Positions 10,239-24,628 are shown, numbered from the stretch's first letter. The stretch: DNA of 64,000 bases from Nitrospirota bacterium (GCA_963737155.1 CAVTRN010000001.1:1408001-1472000); one strand, 5' to 3'. Translations and numbers: made by a program. The notes: a model not told the origin generated them from the letters alone.

Positions 10239-13200
10239 ATGTCAAAGGAAAAAAGAGAACTTGTCCGCGTCAGAAAGGATTTTTCCAGGATCCCAACGAT
10301 TCTGGAGATTCCCGATCTCATCGAGATCCAAAAAAAATCCTATGATTCTTTTCTCCAGAAGGACGTTGCGTCCGACAAGAGAAAAGATATGGGATTGCAG
10401 GCGGCCTTCAAGAGCGTATACCCCATCTATGATTTCAACGAAACCGCCATGGTGGATTACCTCGGCTATTCGTTGGGTGATCCGAAGTATAGCATCTGGG
10501 AGTGCCTGCAGCGTGGGGCTACTTATGCCGCGCCTTTGAAAATTAAAACCCGCTTGGTTTTCTTTGAAAAGGACGAGCAGGCGGCAACCAAGCGAGTGAA
10601 GGACATCAAGGAGCAGGAGGTGTATGTTGGTGACCTTCCTCTCATGACCGATACCGGGACGTTCATCGTGAACGGGACCGAGCGCGTTGTGGTGAGTCAG
10701 CTCCATCGTTCTCCAGGGGCATTCTTCACCCACGACAAGGGCAGGACCCACGCGAGCGGCAAGATCCTCTACTCGGCCCGCATTATTCCGTACCGCGGTT
10801 CGTGGCTTGACTTTGAATTCGACGTTAAGGACATCGTGTATGTGCGGATCGACCGCCGCCGGAAAATTCCGGCTACGATCCTTCTCAAGGCCTTCGGGTA
10901 TTCGAATGAAGATCTGCTCCGTATGTACTATCCCATTGAAGACATCCGGATCAAGAAGGACGGCTTTTCAAGAGGGATTCATGCCGATGTACTGGCGGGC
11001 CTTAAGGCTCCCATTACCATCTCCGACAAGAATACCCGCGAGCAGATTGTAAAAGAAGGCGCCAAGATCACTCGCGTAGCCATCAAGAAAATGGAGGCAG
11101 CTGGCATCACCGAAATTCCCATGCCCCGTGAAGAACTGATCGACCGTGTCGTTCTCCGTGACGTGATTGATCCCGAAACGGGTGAAGTGCTGCTGCCGGC
11201 TAACGAAAAGATCACTGAAGCCTTCCTGACCCAGATCGCCTCCACCAAGGTGGAAAAGATGGAAGTCATCTACATGGATGGCATACACGTAATCGGTGCC
11301 ATCCGTGATACGCTTCTCTCCGACAAAGTGCAGACATCGGACGAGGCGCTACTGGAGATCTACCGTAAAATGCGCCCCGGCGAACCGCCGACGATCGATA
11401 TGGCACGGAACCTTTTCTCGGGTATGTTCTTCAACACCAAGCGCTACGATCTCTCCCCGGTCGGCAGGCTCAAGTTGAACAAGAAGCTCAAACTCGACAT
11501 TCAGATCGACAAAACCACACTGACGGCTCAGGATGTTGTAGAGGTAATCCGTTACCTCGTCAACCTCCGGACCGGCAGGGGTGAAGTAGACGATATTGAC
11601 CATCTCGGCAACCGTCGTGTGCGGTCCGTGGGCGAGCTTCTGGAGAACCAGATCCGCGTCGGTTTGGCACGCATGGAGCGGGCAATCAAGGAGCGCATGA
11701 GCCTCCAGGACATCGACACGCTCATGCCCCATGACATTATCAATCCCAAGCCGGTGATCGCCGCCATTAAAGAGTTCTTTGGATCAAGCCAGCTTTCCCA
11801 ATTTATGGACCAGACGAATCCTCTTGCGGAGATCACCCACAAACGCAGGCTTTCGGCCCTGGGGCCCGGCGGGCTGACACGAGAACGAGCGGGTTTCGAG
11901 GTGCGCGATGTGCACACCACACATTACGGCAGAATCTGCCCTATCGAGACGCCGGAAGGTCCGAACATAGGTCTGATCGTTTCTCTTGCGACCTATGCGC
12001 GGGTGAACGACTACGGGTTTATCGAGGCGCCATACCGGGAGGTCAAGGCCGCCAAGGTCACCGATGAAATAGAATATCTTTCCGCAGTGGACGGCGAGAA
12101 TTTTGTGGTAGCCCAGGCGAATACACCTATTGACGGCCGCGGCAAGATCGCCGTGGACAGCGTGTCAGCCCGCGTAGGCGGCGAGTTCAAACTAGTGAGC
12201 GCCGAGGAAGTGCAGTACATGGACGTTTCGCCGAAACAGATTGTGTCGGTCTCGGCGGCGCTAATTCCGTTCCTCGAGAATGATGATGCGAACCGGGCTC
12301 TCATGGGATCCAACATGCAGCGCCAGGCGGTTCCCCTGCTTCGGCCCCAGGCTCCAGTGGTCGGCACAGGCATGGAGCGCGTCGCTGCTCGCGACTCAGG
12401 AGCAATTGTCTCGGTCAGACGTGACGGCATCGTCGAAGGCGTGGATTCAACCCGCATTACCGTGAAAGGCGAGGATGCTAAGGGTCGGACGGTCATTGAT
12501 ACCTATCCGCTGACTAAGTTTTACCGATCGAACCAGAACACCTGCATGAATCAGAAGCCGATTGTGCGGATCAGCGACAAGGTGAAAAAAGGGCAGGTCA
12601 TCGCTGATGGGCCGGCAACAGACTTGGGCGAACTCGCACTAGGCCAGAACGTACTCGTGTCCTTCATGCCCTGGAGCGGCTACAACTACGAAGACGCCAT
12701 CATAATCAGTGAAAAGCTTGTGAAGGAAGACCGGTATACATCGATTCACATCGAAGAGTTCGAGATTGAGGCTCGCGACACGAAGCTTGGTAAGGAAGAA
12801 ATCACTCGTGATATCCCTAACCTCGGTGAAGAAACGCTTAGAAATCTCGACGAAAACGGTATCATCCGTATCGGAGCGGAGGTCATGCCTGGCGATATTC
12901 TCATCGGCAAGGTGACCCCAAAAGGCGAGACGCAGCTTACCCCGGAAGAAAAGCTCCTGCGGGCCATTTTCGGCGAAAAAGCCGGTGACGTCCGGGACGC
13001 TTCGCTTTACACTCCTCCGGGCATCGAAGGCACCGTTATTGACGTCAAGGTTTTCTCGCGCAAGGGTGAGGACAAGAACGAACGCCTAAAAACTCAGGAG
13101 AGCGAGGAGATCGCGCGGCTCCAGAAGGAATATCAGGACGAGGTGCGCGCAGCCAAGGAAGACAAGTATAAACGCATCAGGAGAATCCTGAGCGGCAAGA

Positions 13201-14231
13201 CCGCCGCTGACAAGATTGTGAACTCCAAGACCGGCAAGACCGAGTTGGCCAAGGGAAAGAAGATCAACGCAGAGATTCTCGACAAGCTGCCCGAGAAGGA
13301 TCTTGCTAAAATCAAGGTCGAATCCGAGGACTATCCCGCCAAGCTTCAGGAGATACTCGACAATTCGGAGAATCAACTCGGCATCCTTGAGTCGATTTAT
13401 GACGAGAAGATCGGTAGGCTGAAGCGCGGCGACGACCTGCCGCCCGGCGTGGTCAAACTCGTAAAGGTTTATGTGGCCATGAAACGTAAGCTTTCAGTCG
13501 GAGACAAGATGGCCGGCCGTCATGGAAACAAGGGTGTGGTTTCCCGGATCGTGCCGGAGGAAGACATGCCTTACCTTCCCGACGGCACGCCTGTCGAGAT
13601 CGTTTTAAACCCGCTTGGGGTGCCGTCTCGAATGAACGTGGGACAGATCCTTGAAACGCATCTGGGCTGGGCCGCCAAAGCCCTCGGTCTACACGTGGCA
13701 ACGCCGGTGTTCGATGGCGCTTCAGAAGATCGCATCAAGACAATGCTGAAGGAAGCGAAGCTGCCGCCGACTGGCCAGTCCCAGCTCTTTGACGGCCGAT
13801 CCGGTGAGCCCTTCGACAAGCCGGTTACCGTCGGATATATGTACATGCTGAAGCTGCATCATCTGGTCGACGATAAGTTGCACGCACGTTCCATCGGTCC
13901 TTATTCGCTTGTAACGCAGCAGCCGCTGGGCGGCAAAGCCCAGTTCGGCGGCCAGCGGCTCGGCGAAATGGAAGTCTGGGCGCTGCAGGCCTATGGAGCC
14001 GCATACTGTTTGCAGGAATTCCTGACGGTAAAATCCGATGACGTGTCTGGACGCGCCAAGATCTATGAAGCCATTGTGAAGGGCGAAAATACTCTTGAAC
14101 CGGGTCTGCCCGAATCGTTCTATGTGCTGATCAAGGAACTCCAGAGTCTCTGCCTCGACGTCGAGCTTATTGAGAGGAAAAACGAGAAAGAACGGGTAAT
14201 AGGACTTGAAAAGATATCTTCTGCGCGGTAG
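10239..14231 (+). CDS. rpoB: RNA polymerase beta subunit
   Basis: [34 protein letters not shown]. Confidence 0.99.
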   Translation: MSKEKRELVRVRKDFSRIPTILEIPDLIEIQKKSYDSFLQKDVASDKRKDMGLQAAFKSVYPIYDFNETAMVDYLGYSLGDPKYSIWECLQRGATYAAPLKIKTRLVFFEKDEQAATKRVKDIKEQEVYVGDLPLMTDTGTFIVNGTERVVVSQLHRSPGAFFTHDKGRTHASGKILYSARIIPYRGSWLDFEFDVKDIVYVRIDRRRKIPATILLKAFGYSNEDLLRMYYPIEDIRIKKDGFSRGIHADVLAGLKAPITISDKNTREQIVKEGAKITRVAIKKMEAAGITEIPMPREELIDRVVLRDVIDPETGEVLLPANEKITEAFLTQIASTKVEKMEVIYMDGIHVIGAIRDTLLSDKVQTSDEALLEIYRKMRPGEPPTIDMARNLFSGMFFNTKRYDLSPVGRLKLNKKLKLDIQIDKTTLTAQDVVEVIRYLVNLRTGRGEVDDIDHLGNRRVRSVGELLENQIRVGLARMERAIKERMSLQDIDTLMPHDIINPKPVIAAIKEFFGSSQLSQFMDQTNPLAEITHKRRLSALGPGGLTRERAGFEVRDVHTTHYGRICPIETPEGPNIGLIVSLATYARVNDYGFIEAPYREVKAAKVTDEIEYLSAVDGENFVVAQANTPIDGRGKIAVDSVSARVGGEFKLVSAEEVQYMDVSPKQIVSVSAALIPFLENDDANRALMGSNMQRQAVPLLRPQAPVVGTGMERVAARDSGAIVSVRRDGIVEGVDSTRITVKGEDAKGRTVIDTYPLTKFYRSNQNTCMNQKPIVRISDKVKKGQVIADGPATDLGELALGQNVLVSFMPWSGYNYEDAIIISEKLVKEDRYTSIHIEEFEIEARDTKLGKEEITRDIPNLGEETLRNLDENGIIRIGAEVMPGDILIGKVTPKGETQLTPEEKLLRAIFGEKAGDVRDASLYTPPGIEGTVIDVKVFSRKGEDKNERLKTQESEEIARLQKEYQDEVRAAKEDKYKRIRRILSGKTAADKIVNSKTGKTELAKGKKINAEILDKLPEKDLAKIKVESEDYPAKLQEILDNSENQLGILESIYDEKIGRLKRGDDLPPGVVKLVKVYVAMKRKLSVGDKMAGRHGNKGVVSRIVPEEDMPYLPDGTPVEIVLNPLGVPSRMNVGQILETHLGWAAKALGLHVATPVFDGASEDRIKTMLKEAKLPPTGQSQLFDGRSGEPFDKPVTVGYMYMLKLHHLVDDKLHARSIGPYSLVTQQPLGGKAQFGGQRLGEMEVWALQAYGAAYCLQEFLTVKSDDVSGRAKIYEAIVKGENTLEPGLPESFYVLIKELQSLCLDVELIERKNEKERVIGLEKISSAR

Positions 14232-14352
14232 CAGTTTTATCGTGGGCAAGGAATCAGTCCTTTGTAGACTGACGGCGTATGGTATATGAAGCAAGCAGGC
14301 CGGATGAAAGATTAGGATATGAGGACGCAGTCCTCTCCTATGGAGGTACACT

Positions 14353-17300
14353 GTGGAAGAGAAACAGTTATCAGAAAATAAAGCCAGAGCAGAGGTAATG
14401 AGTCTCTTTGAAAAACCGAAGGATATCAGCTTTGATGCCATGAGGATTAAAATTGCTTCGCCGGACCGGATTAAAGAATGGTCTTTTGGCGAGGTCAAGA
14501 AGCCGGAGACCATCAATTACCGCTCCTTCAAACCGGAGCGCGATGGTCTTTTTTGCGCCAAGATATTCGGTCCCATCAAGGACTGGGAATGTCTCTGCGG
14601 AAAATACAAAAGGATGAAACACCGCGGTATTGTCTGCGACAAGTGTGGCGTTGAAGTCATCCAGTCCAAAGTGCGGCGCGAGCGCATGGGGCACATCGAG
14701 CTTTCCTCACCCGTTGCCCATATCTGGTTCCTTAAGGGGCTTCCGAGCCGTATTGGTACATTGCTTGATATGACACTTCGGCAGCTTGAGAAGGTACTCT
14801 ATTTTGAAGGGTATGTTGTGGTCGAGCCCGGCGATACGCCGCTTAAACACAAAGAGCTTTTGACCGAGGAAAAGTTCCGCAAAGCTCAGCAGGAGTACGG
14901 TATCAGCGCCTTTAAGGCGGGGATGGGCGCCGAAGCGATCCGGGAAATGCTTAAAGCTGTCGATCTTGAGGTGGAGTCGGAAGATATCCGAAAGAAGATC
15001 GAGACCGCGACTTCCATGGCCACGAAGAAAAAACTGACCAAACGCCTCAAGGTCATTGAAGCGTTTCGTAAATCGGGCAATAAACCGGAGTGGATGATTC
15101 TCGACGTTATCCCGGTGATTCCGCCGGAGTTGCGCCCGCTCGTCCCGCTCGAAGGTGGCCGGTTCGCCACATCGGACCTGAACGACCTCTACCGCAGGGT
15201 TATCAACAGGAACAACAGGCTTCATCGTCTTGAAGAGCTTAAAGCGCCGTCCGTCATTATCCGGAATGAAAAGCGAATGTTGCAGGAGGCGGTGGACGCG
15301 CTCTTCGATAATGGCAGGCGGGGACGTGTTCTGCGTGGGCCGAATAAGCGTCCGCTCAAGTCACTCTCAGATATGCTCAAGGGCAAACAGGGACGTTTCC
15401 GCCAAAATCTTCTCGGAAAGCGCGTTGATTATTCCGGCCGTTCCGTGATCGTCGTTGGACCCGACCTCAAGCTCCATCAATGCGGCCTGCCGAAGAAGAT
15501 GGCGCTAGAGCTGTTCAAGCCTTTTATCTTCAATAAACTTGAAGAGAAGGGCTATGCAACGACAATCAAGAGCGCCAAGAAAATGATTGAGCGCGAGCGG
15601 CCCGAGGTGTGGGACGTACTCGAAGAGGTTATCCAGGAACACCCAGTTCTCCTGAACCGCGCCCCAACCCTTCACAGGCTAGGCATCCAGGCCTTTGATC
15701 CGATCCTAGTTGAAGGCAAGGCTATCCGTCTTCATCCTCTCGTGTGCGCAGCGTTCAACGCTGACTTCGACGGCGATCAGATGGCCGTACACATCCCACT
15801 TTCGGTCGAGGCACAGCTAGAAGCACGCGTCCTCATGCTTTCAGTGAATAACGTCCTTTCGCCGGCGAACGGAAGGCCAATCACGGTTCCTTCTCAGGAT
15901 ATCGTGCTCGGCTGCTATTATCTGACCAAAAGCCGTTCTGGAGTTCTCGGCGAGGGGAAAATATTCTCCAGTAAAGATGAAGTGCGTATCGCTTTTGATC
16001 AGAACGTGGCTGACATCCATGCCCACATCCGGGTCCGCATCAACGGCAAGATCGAAGAAACGACCGTCGGCCGGGTTCTCTTCAGCGATATTCTGCCTGA
16101 AGGCATGTCCTTCTCTTCGGTCAACAAGGAAATGACCAAGAAGGAGCTAGCAAAACTCATTGACGAGTGTTACCGAAAGCTGGGTCTCAGACGCACGGTC
16201 GTACTGATCGACGACTTGAAGGAAATGGGTTTCAAGTTTGCCACCCGCGCCGGGATCTCCATCTGCATTTCTGACATGCATATCCCGAGCAAGAAACAGA
16301 AGTTTATAGATCAGGCTCAGAAGGAAGTCATGGAAATCCACCATCAGTATACCGAGGGTCTCATTACGAATGGCGAGCGTTATAACAAGGAAATTGACAT
16401 TTGGGCAAACGTGACCGAAAAGATAGCAGATGAAATGATGGCTGAACTCGGCATGGAAGCCGTTGAGCTGGGGGGGGCCAAGAAGTCGGAACTCCAGGAG
16501 GCCAGATCCTTCAACAACATCTTTATGATGGCCGACTCGGGTGCGCGCGGTAGCACACAGCAGATCAGGCAGCTTGCGGGCATGCGCGGTCTTATGGCAA
16601 AACCGTCTGGTGAAATCATCGAGACGCCGATTACGGCAAACTTCCGCGAAGGCCTTACCGTGCTGCAGTACTTTATTTCGACCCACGGCGCGCGCAAGGG
16701 TCTTGCCGACACTGCGCTAAAGACCGCAAACTCCGGTTACCTGACGAGACGTCTCGTCGATGTGGCGCAGGATGTAATCATCACCCAGGTCGATTGCGGT
16801 ACGACGGACGGCATCATCGTCGGATCTCTCGTTGAAGGCGGGGAAATTATCGAACCTCTGTCCGAGCGTCTTCTCGGCCGTGTTGCCGCAGAGGACGTCA
16901 AGGATCCAATCACGAAAGAGGTAATTGTCCCGACTAAGAAGGAAATCAACGAGGAACTCGTCAAGCGCGTTGATGAGGCGGGAATAGATCGCATCAAGAT
17001 CCGTTCCGTGCTGACCTGCCAGTCCCTGCGCGGCGTCTGCAAAATGTGTTATGGCAGAGACCTCGGCCGTGGCAAACTCGTAGATATCGGCGAGGCAATC
17101 GGCATCATCGCGGCCCAGTCCATCGGTGAACCGGGTACACAGCTGACGATGAGAACGTTTCACATCGGCGGTACTGCCAGCAAGGTTGTTGAGCAGACCG
17201 TGCTTGAGGCGAAGAATGCCGGCGTCATTAAATACCTCAACCTGAACACGGTGAAAAACAAGGAAGGCGATTACGTCGTCATGTCCCGCAGCGGCAACGT

Positions 17301-18498
17301 AGCTATCTACGATGAAACGGGGCGTGAAAGGGAAAAATATGCGATTATCTACGGCGCCCGGCTTAAGGTTCAGGACGGCCAGAAGGTTGATGTCGGTCAA
17401 AGGCTTGTGGAGTGGGATCCCTATTCATTGCCGATTCTCACTGAAATCGGCGGCAAGATCGCTTTTGGCGATATCATCGAAGGTGTGACCATGCGTGAGG
17501 AAGTGGATGAAGTCACCGGGCTGTCCCGGAAGGTGATTATCGACTATCCGAACCAGAACCTGCGGCCGCGCATCTCTATCAAGGACCAGCACGGGAAAAC
17601 CGCCAGACTGCCCGGCTCCAACGTCGTCGCACGCTATCTTTTGCCTGCGGGCGCCCACATCCTCGTGGACAAGGGCGATGAAATTTTCCCCGGTGATATC
17701 CTGGTCAAGATCCCTCGTGAAACTACGAAAACCAAGGACATAACGGGCGGTCTCCCGAGGGTGGCTGAACTCTTCGAAGCAAGAAAACCGAAGGAGCAGG
17801 CCATCATCAGTGAAATCGACGGTACCGTGGAATTCGGCGGTTTCGTGAAGGGCATGCGCCGTATTCTGGTGAAAGATGGTATGGGGAACGAAAAGGAGTA
17901 CCTCATCCCCAAGGGCAAGCATGTGAATGTGCACGAGGGTGACTGGGTTACCGCCGGTGAACCACTTATGGACGGCCCCGTGGATCCTCACGATATTCTC
18001 AATGTGCTCGGACCGAAGGAACTGCAGAAGTACCTTGTCGACGAAGTACAGCAGGTCTATCGCCTCCAAGGCGTGAGCATCAACGACAAGCATATCGAGG
18101 TCATCGTGCGCCAGATGCTTCGCAAGGTCCGGATTGAAGATGCCGGCGATTCGTCTTTCCTGATCGGTGAGCAGGTGGACCGCTTCTCATTCGCGAGGGA
18201 GAACGAGGCGGTGATCGCCAGAGGCAGCAAGCCTGCCACGGCACGGCCCATTCTTCTAGGTATCACCAAGGCGTCGCTCACTACGGACAGCTTCATCTCC
18301 GCGGCTTCATTTCAGGAAACCACACGAGTGCTGACGGAAGCAGCCATCACTGGAGCGGTGGACGATCTTGTAGGATTGAAAGAGAACGTGATTATGGGAA
18401 GGCTGATTCCGGCAGGGACCGGGATGACTGAGTACCGAAATACTTATGTGGTTGTCGACGAAGATCCTGGGCAGACGGTGGAAGAAAGTCTTAGTTAG
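14353..18498 (+). CDS. rpoC: RNA polymerase beta' subunit
   Basis: [10 protein letters not shown] catalytic motif, N-terminal Zn finger, SAASFQET. Confidence 0.99.
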   Translation: MEEKQLSENKARAEVMSLFEKPKDISFDAMRIKIASPDRIKEWSFGEVKKPETINYRSFKPERDGLFCAKIFGPIKDWECLCGKYKRMKHRGIVCDKCGVEVIQSKVRRERMGHIELSSPVAHIWFLKGLPSRIGTLLDMTLRQLEKVLYFEGYVVVEPGDTPLKHKELLTEEKFRKAQQEYGISAFKAGMGAEAIREMLKAVDLEVESEDIRKKIETATSMATKKKLTKRLKVIEAFRKSGNKPEWMILDVIPVIPPELRPLVPLEGGRFATSDLNDLYRRVINRNNRLHRLEELKAPSVIIRNEKRMLQEAVDALFDNGRRGRVLRGPNKRPLKSLSDMLKGKQGRFRQNLLGKRVDYSGRSVIVVGPDLKLHQCGLPKKMALELFKPFIFNKLEEKGYATTIKSAKKMIERERPEVWDVLEEVIQEHPVLLNRAPTLHRLGIQAFDPILVEGKAIRLHPLVCAAFNADFDGDQMAVHIPLSVEAQLEARVLMLSVNNVLSPANGRPITVPSQDIVLGCYYLTKSRSGVLGEGKIFSSKDEVRIAFDQNVADIHAHIRVRINGKIEETTVGRVLFSDILPEGMSFSSVNKEMTKKELAKLIDECYRKLGLRRTVVLIDDLKEMGFKFATRAGISICISDMHIPSKKQKFIDQAQKEVMEIHHQYTEGLITNGERYNKEIDIWANVTEKIADEMMAELGMEAVELGGAKKSELQEARSFNNIFMMADSGARGSTQQIRQLAGMRGLMAKPSGEIIETPITANFREGLTVLQYFISTHGARKGLADTALKTANSGYLTRRLVDVAQDVIITQVDCGTTDGIIVGSLVEGGEIIEPLSERLLGRVAAEDVKDPITKEVIVPTKKEINEELVKRVDEAGIDRIKIRSVLTCQSLRGVCKMCYGRDLGRGKLVDIGEAIGIIAAQSIGEPGTQLTMRTFHIGGTASKVVEQTVLEAKNAGVIKYLNLNTVKNKEGDYVVMSRSGNVAIYDETGREREKYAIIYGARLKVQDGQKVDVGQRLVEWDPYSLPILTEIGGKIAFGDIIEGVTMREEVDEVTGLSRKVIIDYPNQNLRPRISIKDQHGKTARLPGSNVVARYLLPAGAHILVDKGDEIFPGDILVKIPRETTKTKDITGGLPRVAELFEARKPKEQAIISEIDGTVEFGGFVKGMRRILVKDGMGNEKEYLIPKGKHVNVHEGDWVTAGEPLMDGPVDPHDILNVLGPKELQKYLVDEVQQVYRLQGVSINDKHIEVIVRQMLRKVRIEDAGDSSFLIGEQVDRFSFARENEAVIARGSKPATARPILLGITKASLTTDSFISAASFQETTRVLTEAAITGAVDDLVGLKENVIMGRLIPAGTGMTEYRNTYVVVDEDPGQTVEESLS

Positions 18499-18612
18499 CC
18501 AAATATCCTGGGTAACATTGCGTTAACCGGTGTAGTAATGCCCCTTGGAAAGCGTATTATCGGAAGAGATTGTTGACGCCAAAAAATATGAGCTAAATGA
18601 TCCAAAAAAAGC

Positions 18613-18641
18613 TTGACAAATTAGTCTTATACCGATATAAT
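18613..18641 (+). promoter_or_regulatory. str operon sigma70 promoter
   Basis: Perfect TTGACA-N17-TATAAT. Confidence 0.85.
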
Positions 18642-18705
18642 TACCGGGTTTTGACTCAATGTTTTTAAAAAACTACTATTTATTTGTTTTTAAGGAGTAA
18701 TTCTC

Positions 18706-19077
18706 GTGCCGACCATTAGTCAATTGGTAAGAAAAGGCAGAACTCTTGCCGCAAGCAAGACCAAGAGTCCCGCACTCAAGAGCTGCCCTCAGAAGCGAGG
18801 GGTCTGTATCAGGGTTTACACAACGACCCCGAAGAAACCAAACTCGGCGCTCAGAAAAGTTGCCAGGGTGAGGCTGACAAACGGCATGGAAGTTACTACG
18901 TACATCCCGGGCGTTGGCCACAATCTGCAGGAACACTCGATTGTTCTCATTCGCGGCGGGAGAGTAAAGGATCTTCCTGGTGTCCGGTACCATATTGTGC
19001 GAGGCACGCTTGATACGGTGGGGGTCGCAAACCGCAAACAAGGTCGTTCCAAGTATGGAGCGAAGAGACCGAAGTAG
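18706..19077 (+). CDS. rpsL: 30S ribosomal protein S12
   Basis: [21 protein letters not shown]. Confidence 0.99.
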   Translation: MPTISQLVRKGRTLAASKTKSPALKSCPQKRGVCIRVYTTTPKKPNSALRKVARVRLTNGMEVTTYIPGVGHNLQEHSIVLIRGGRVKDLPGVRYHIVRGTLDTVGVANRKQGRSKYGAKRPK

Positions 19078-19138
19078 CGGTTAGACGCTGGCTAAAAAAT
19101 CCCGCTTAGGCGGCGATGATATTAAGAAAAGGTAAGCT

Positions 19139-19609
19139 ATGCCGAGAAAAACAGTTATTGTAAAAAGAGAAACGCTGCCGGATCCGAAATACAACAGCAA
19201 AATGCTGGCGAAATTTGTGAACGTGCTTATGCGAAAGGGCAAGAAAAGTACGGCTGAGGCGATCTGCTATAAGGCCTTGGAACGTATTCAGACGAAAACC
19301 AACAGCGATCCGATTGCTATTTTCAAGAAGGCCGTCGAGAATCTCAAGCCGACCCTTGAAGTGAAGTCCCGTCGGGTCGGTGGTGCCTCCTACCAGGTGC
19401 CCATCGAGGTCAAGCAGCCGCGCAGGCTTTCACTCGCATATCGGTGGCTGCGTCTCTATGCTTCGCAGCGGCCTGAAAAATCTATGGTGGACAAGCTCGC
19501 CGGAGAAATTCTTGACGCATCGAACAACACGGGGGCCGCTGTTAAAAAGAGGGAAGATGTGCACCGGATGGCAGAGGCAAACAAGGCCTTCGCTCATTTT
19601 CGCTGGTAA
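19139..19609 (+). CDS. rpsG: 30S ribosomal protein S7
   Basis: [21 protein letters not shown]. Confidence 0.99.
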   Translation: MPRKTVIVKRETLPDPKYNSKMLAKFVNVLMRKGKKSTAEAICYKALERIQTKTNSDPIAIFKKAVENLKPTLEVKSRRVGGASYQVPIEVKQPRRLSLAYRWLRLYASQRPEKSMVDKLAGEILDASNNTGAAVKKREDVHRMAEANKAFAHFRW

Positions 19610-19636
19610 GGTGTTCATGTTGGAGTGGAGGTAGCA

Positions 19637-21727
19637 GTGGCTAGGCAGTATTCTCTGGAAAATACACGCAACATCGGTATCATGGCTCATATCGACGCCG
19701 GCAAAACGACGACGACCGAGCGTATTCTTTACTATACCGGTGTTTCTTATAAAATCGGCGAAGTGCACGATGGCACCGCAGTCATGGACTGGATGGTGCA
19801 GGAGCAGGAGCGCGGCATCACGATCACGTCCGCAGCCACGACCTGCTTCTGGCGGGACAAACGCATCAATATCATTGATACGCCCGGTCACGTGGATTTC
19901 ACCATTGAAGTGGAACGTTCGCTCCGCGTATTAGATGGCGCTGTCGCGGCGTTCGACTCTGTTAGTGGTGTTGAGCCCCAGTCCGAGACGGTCTGGCATC
20001 AGGCTGATAAGTATCAGGTCCCGCGTATTGCCTTCATGAACAAAATGGACCGCATCGGCGCGGACTTCTATATGAGCGTCCAGTCCATGATCGACCGGCT
20101 TGGTGCGAATGCTGTGCCGATCCAGATCCCGATTGGCGCGGAGGACAAGTTCCGTGGTTGCATTGACCTGGTGAAAATGAAGGCGGTTCTATTCGACGAT
20201 GAGACTCTCGGATCAAAATATGTTATCGAAGAGATTCCTGCGGACCTTATGGTCAGAGCGAAAGAGTATCGCGAAAAAATGATCGAGAAGATCGCAGATG
20301 CCGATGATGTGGTGATGGAAAAATTCCTGAACGGAGAGCAGCCGACGGAAGCCGAGATCATGCTGGCGATCCGTAAAGGTACGATCGCCATGAATATTTT
20401 CCCGGTTATTTGCGGGTCGGCGTTCAAGAATAAGGGCGTACAGCTGCTGCTCGATGCTGTCGTGGATTATCTTCCGTCGCCGCTGGACATCCCTCCGGTA
20501 AAGGGAATAAACGCTAAAGGAGAAGAAGTCACCCGTATGACCTCCGATAGTGAACCCTTTGCAGCCGTGGCTTTCAAGATCATGACCGATCCTTTCGTAG
20601 GCCAGCTCACCTTCGTCAGGGTTTACTCCGGGACGCTGCATTCCGGCTCTTATGTGTATAACTCCAGCAAGGGGCAGCGTGAACGCATAGGCAGGCTACT
20701 CAAGATGCATGCGAACAAACGTGAAGAGATCCAGGAGATATATGCCGGCGACATCTGTGCGGCTGTGGGACTGAAGACTACACTTACAGGACACACCTTG
20801 TGTGATGAGAGCAAGCCTGTTATTCTGGAGGCTATGACCTTCCCCGAGCCGGTTATTTCTGTGGCTATCGAGCCAAAAACAAAGGCCGATCAGGAAAGGC
20901 TCGGGTTATCGCTCCAGAAGCTGATGCAGGAGGATCCTTCGTTCCGCGTGTTCACTGACCAGGAAACTGGCCAGACCATTATCTCGGGGATGGGCGAACT
21001 TCATCTTGAGATTATTGTCGATCGCCTGATGCGTGAGTTCAAGGTTGACGCTAATGTGGGCAAGCCCCAGGTGGCGTACCGTGAGACGATTAAGAAAAAA
21101 GTCGTTGCAGAAGGCAAGTTCATACGTCAGTCCGGCGGACGCGGTCAATACGGCCACGTAGTCCTCGAGCTTGAACCGCAGGAGCCGGGAAAAGGTTTTG
21201 AGTTCGTGAACAAGACCGTTGGCGGTTCAGTGCCCAAGGAATATGTTGGACCTACTCAGAAGGGGATAGAAGAAGCCATGGAGAGCGGCGTACTCGCTGG
21301 GTATCCGGTGGTTGATCTTAAAATCACGCTCATTGACGGATCGTATCATGACGTCGACTCCTCGGAAATGGCATTCAAAATAGCCGGTTCCATGGGATTT
21401 AAGGAAGGCGCAGCGAAAGCTAACCCTACGTTGCTTGAGCCTATTATGGCTGTTGAAGTTGTATGTGCCGAGGAGTATATGGGAGATATCATCGGCGACC
21501 TCAGTTCCCGCCGCGGCCGAGTCCAGGGTATGAACATGAGGGGTGCTGGCAGGGTCATAACCGCTCAGGTGCCGCTTTCGGAAATGTTCGGTTATGCAAC
21601 TGACATCCGATCCAAAACACAGGGCAGGGCTACCTATACCATGCAGTTCGCACATTATGAAGAAGTGCCGAAAAACATCTCGGAGCAGATCATTGCTAAG
21701 GTAAAAGGCGAAGCGGTCAAGAAATAA
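19637..21727 (+). CDS. fusA: elongation factor G
   Basis: [24 protein letters not shown]; GTG start after GGAGG. Confidence 0.99.
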   Translation: MARQYSLENTRNIGIMAHIDAGKTTTTERILYYTGVSYKIGEVHDGTAVMDWMVQEQERGITITSAATTCFWRDKRINIIDTPGHVDFTIEVERSLRVLDGAVAAFDSVSGVEPQSETVWHQADKYQVPRIAFMNKMDRIGADFYMSVQSMIDRLGANAVPIQIPIGAEDKFRGCIDLVKMKAVLFDDETLGSKYVIEEIPADLMVRAKEYREKMIEKIADADDVVMEKFLNGEQPTEAEIMLAIRKGTIAMNIFPVICGSAFKNKGVQLLLDAVVDYLPSPLDIPPVKGINAKGEEVTRMTSDSEPFAAVAFKIMTDPFVGQLTFVRVYSGTLHSGSYVYNSSKGQRERIGRLLKMHANKREEIQEIYAGDICAAVGLKTTLTGHTLCDESKPVILEAMTFPEPVISVAIEPKTKADQERLGLSLQKLMQEDPSFRVFTDQETGQTIISGMGELHLEIIVDRLMREFKVDANVGKPQVAYRETIKKKVVAEGKFIRQSGGRGQYGHVVLELEPQEPGKGFEFVNKTVGGSVPKEYVGPTQKGIEEAMESGVLAGYPVVDLKITLIDGSYHDVDSSEMAFKIAGSMGFKEGAAKANPTLLEPIMAVEVVCAEEYMGDIIGDLSSRRGRVQGMNMRGAGRVITAQVPLSEMFGYATDIRSKTQGRATYTMQFAHYEEVPKNISEQIIAKVKGEAVKK

Positions 21728-21780
21728 TCATTCTTTAACTATTACATTCGATTTACACTTCCCAACAGGAGGCGGATAGT

Positions 21781-22980
21781 ATGGCAAAGGCAAAATTTGA
21801 GAGGACAAAACCTCATGTGAACGTGGGAACCATTGGCCACGTGGACCACGGCAAAACGACCTTGACGGCCGCCATCACGAAGGTGCTCTCCTTCAAGAAC
21901 ATGGCGAGCTTTGTATCCTATGACAACATCGACAAGGCGCCGGAAGAACGGGAACGCGGCATCACAATCGCCACGGCGCATGTTGAATACTCGACAGAGA
22001 ACCGGCACTATGCCCACGTCGACTGTCCCGGCCATGCCGATTACGTGAAGAACATGATCACGGGGGCGGCGCAGATGGACGGAGCGATCCTGGTGGTATC
22101 TGCCGCCGACGGTCCGATGCCCCAGACCCGCGAGCACATTCTTCTCGCCCGTCAGGTAGGCGTGCCCTATATCGTCGTCTACATGAACAAAGTAGATATG
22201 GTGGACGACCCCGAGCTGATCGAACTCGTCGAGCTCGAGATCCGGGAGCTTCTATCCAAGTACCAGTTCCCAGGGGACAAGACCCCCATTGTCAAGGGAA
22301 GCGCCCTGAAGGCGCTCCAGAGCGACAGTAAGGACGTCAACGCGCCTGAGTACAAGAGCATCCTGGAGCTGATGGCGGCTGTGGATAGCTACATACCCCA
22401 GCCGAAGCGCGACGTCGATAAGCCCTATCTGATGCCGATTGAAGACGTGTTCTCTATCGCAGGCCGCGGTACGGTGGTGACGGGCAGGATCGAGCGCGGC
22501 ATCGTGAAGGTTAGCGACGAAATTGAGATTGTCGGAATCAAGCCGACGCAGAAGACGGTAGTGACGGGCGTGGAGATGTTCCGGAAGCTTCTGGACCGGG
22601 GCGAAGCGGGCGACAATGTCGGCGTGCTTCTCCGCGGTACCAAGAAGGAAGACGTGGAGCGCGGGATGGTTTTGGCGAAGCCGGGCAGCATCACGCCACA
22701 TACGAAATTCAAGGCTGAGGCGTATATTCTCACGAAGGAAGAAGGTGGCCGACACACGCCGTTCTTCAACGGCTATCGTCCGCAGTTCTATTTCCGGACG
22801 ACGGACGTGACGGGCGTGGTAAAGCTTGCCGAGGGAGTGGAGATGGTGATGCCGGGCGACAACATGACCTGCAGCGTCGAACTCATCACCCCGATCGCCA
22901 TGGACCAGGGCCTGCGCTTCGCCATCCGTGAAGGCGGCAGGACCGTGGGCGCCGGCGTTATCACCGAAGTGATCGAGTAA
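21781..22980 (+). CDS. tuf: elongation factor Tu (copy 2)
   Basis: Protein identical to 5222..6421. Confidence 0.99.
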   Translation: MAKAKFERTKPHVNVGTIGHVDHGKTTLTAAITKVLSFKNMASFVSYDNIDKAPEERERGITIATAHVEYSTENRHYAHVDCPGHADYVKNMITGAAQMDGAILVVSAADGPMPQTREHILLARQVGVPYIVVYMNKVDMVDDPELIELVELEIRELLSKYQFPGDKTPIVKGSALKALQSDSKDVNAPEYKSILELMAAVDSYIPQPKRDVDKPYLMPIEDVFSIAGRGTVVTGRIERGIVKVSDEIEIVGIKPTQKTVVTGVEMFRKLLDRGEAGDNVGVLLRGTKKEDVERGMVLAKPGSITPHTKFKAEAYILTKEEGGRHTPFFNGYRPQFYFRTTDVTGVVKLAEGVEMVMPGDNMTCSVELITPIAMDQGLRFAIREGGRTVGAGVITEVIE

Positions 22981-22999
22981 GAGAGGGAAGGGACAGCAC

Positions 23000-23305
23000 G
23001 TGACACAGAAGATCAGGATACGTCTAAAAGGGTATGACCATAGACTGCTCGACCAGTCTGCAGTTGAGATCATGGATACGGCCAAGAGGACTGGAGCAAA
23101 AGTGTCCGGGCCGATTCCCCTCCCCACCAAAATCAATCGGTGGACCGTGCTCCGCTCTCCCCACGTGGACAAAAAGTCCCGCGAGCAGTTTGAGATCAGG
23201 ACGCATAAGAGACTGATGGATATTTTAGATCCTACCCCGCAGACCGTGGATGCGCTCATGAAGCTTGATCTGGCTGCAGGTGTTGATGTGGAGATTAAGC
23301 TATAG
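23000..23305 (+). CDS. rpsJ: 30S ribosomal protein S10
   Basis: [24 protein letters not shown]. Confidence 0.99.
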   Translation: MTQKIRIRLKGYDHRLLDQSAVEIMDTAKRTGAKVSGPIPLPTKINRWTVLRSPHVDKKSREQFEIRTHKRLMDILDPTPQTVDALMKLDLAAGVDVEIKL

Positions 23306-23364
23306 TTCTAAGAAGGATTTGATTGCGCAGAATCTCGGGTCGTATGCGGATGAAGGGACAGGCA

Positions 23365-23979
23365 ATGAGCAAGGGAATTATCGGAAAAAAAATAGGCATG
23401 AGCCAGCATTACCGCAGCGGAGAACTTATTCCGGTTACTGTGATTCAGGCAGGCCCCTGTACCGTGGTGCAAAAGAAAACCGTGGGAAAAGAAGGCTATG
23501 ACGCCGTTCAGCTTGCGTTTAATGAAGAGAAAAAGAAAGGCCGCGTAACGAAGGCCATGGCAGGCCACTTCCAGAAGGCAAATGTCCAATCGCACCGGTT
23601 TCTTCGTGAGTTCCGCACGGCAGAATTTGAGCAGGGCCAGGCGGTAACCGTGGATATTTTCCAAAAAGGCGAGCGGATTTCCGTGAGCGGAGTGAGCAAA
23701 GGTAAGGGATTCGCCGGCGTTATGAAACGGCATCGGTTTGCCGGTGGCCCCGGAGGCCATGGCTCCATGTTCAATAGGGCTCCCGGATCCATAGGCGCCA
23801 GTGCTTATCCGTCGCGGGTCATGCCGGGGAAAAAACTTCCCGGACATATGGGTGATGTGAACGTAACGCTGAAAAATATTGAAGTTATTGATGTACGGCC
23901 GGATCAGAATCTGCTATTCGTTCGCGGCGCAGTCCCGGGTGGAAAAAATGGGCTCGTCCTTTTATATAAAGCCGACTAA
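23365..23979 (+). CDS. rplC: 50S ribosomal protein L3
   Basis: GKKIGMSQ, SKGKGFAG, APGSIG. Confidence 0.98.
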   Translation: MSKGIIGKKIGMSQHYRSGELIPVTVIQAGPCTVVQKKTVGKEGYDAVQLAFNEEKKKGRVTKAMAGHFQKANVQSHRFLREFRTAEFEQGQAVTVDIFQKGERISVSGVSKGKGFAGVMKRHRFAGGPGGHGSMFNRAPGSIGASAYPSRVMPGKKLPGHMGDVNVTLKNIEVIDVRPDQNLLFVRGAVPGGKNGLVLLYKAD

Positions 23980-24004
23980 TACCAAGAAGTCGAGGAAATA
24001 GACT

Positions 24005-24628
24005 ATGCCGTCAGTCTCAATGGTTGACCAGAATAATAAGAAAGTCAAGGATGTGGAACTTCCCAGCCTGTTCTCCGCGGAAGTGCGTCCCTATCTTCTG
24101 CATGCCGCTGTGGTGAATCAGCTTGCGAACAAGAGGGCCGGCACCGCGGCGACTAAGAACAAAGCGCTGGTAAGCGGAGGCGGGAAAAAACCTTTTAAGC
24201 AAAAAGGGACGGGCAGAGCCCGTGCGGGAAGCAACCGTTCTCCGCTCTGGCGTCATGGTGGAACTATTTTCGGCCCGATGCCGAGAGATTATTCTTATGC
24301 TCTTCCCAAAAAAGTAAAACGAGCCGCATTGTTAGATGCCATTGCATCAAAAGTCACGGATAATCGGCTTATTCTCGTCGACAGCCTAGAGCTTGCTGAG
24401 CCCAAGACCAAGCTTATGTCGACGTTGCTCGAAAATCTTGGAGTGCAGGAAAATGCCATCGTGCTTATTTCCGCGGACAACAGAAACCTACGTCTTGCTT
24501 CCAGGAACATTCCGTCTGTAAAAGTTCTCAGGATGGGCAACATGAACGTCTATGATCTGCTTAAATACCGGTACCTTATTACGACGCAGGACGCATTGAA
24601 TGCGATGCAGGAGGTATACGGAAAATGA
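24005..24628 (+). CDS. rplD: 50S ribosomal protein L4
   Basis: KPFKQKGTGRARAG. Confidence 0.98.
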   Translation: MPSVSMVDQNNKKVKDVELPSLFSAEVRPYLLHAAVVNQLANKRAGTAATKNKALVSGGGKKPFKQKGTGRARAGSNRSPLWRHGGTIFGPMPRDYSYALPKKVKRAALLDAIASKVTDNRLILVDSLELAEPKTKLMSTLLENLGVQENAIVLISADNRNLRLASRNIPSVKVLRMGNMNVYDLLKYRYLITTQDALNAMQEVYGK

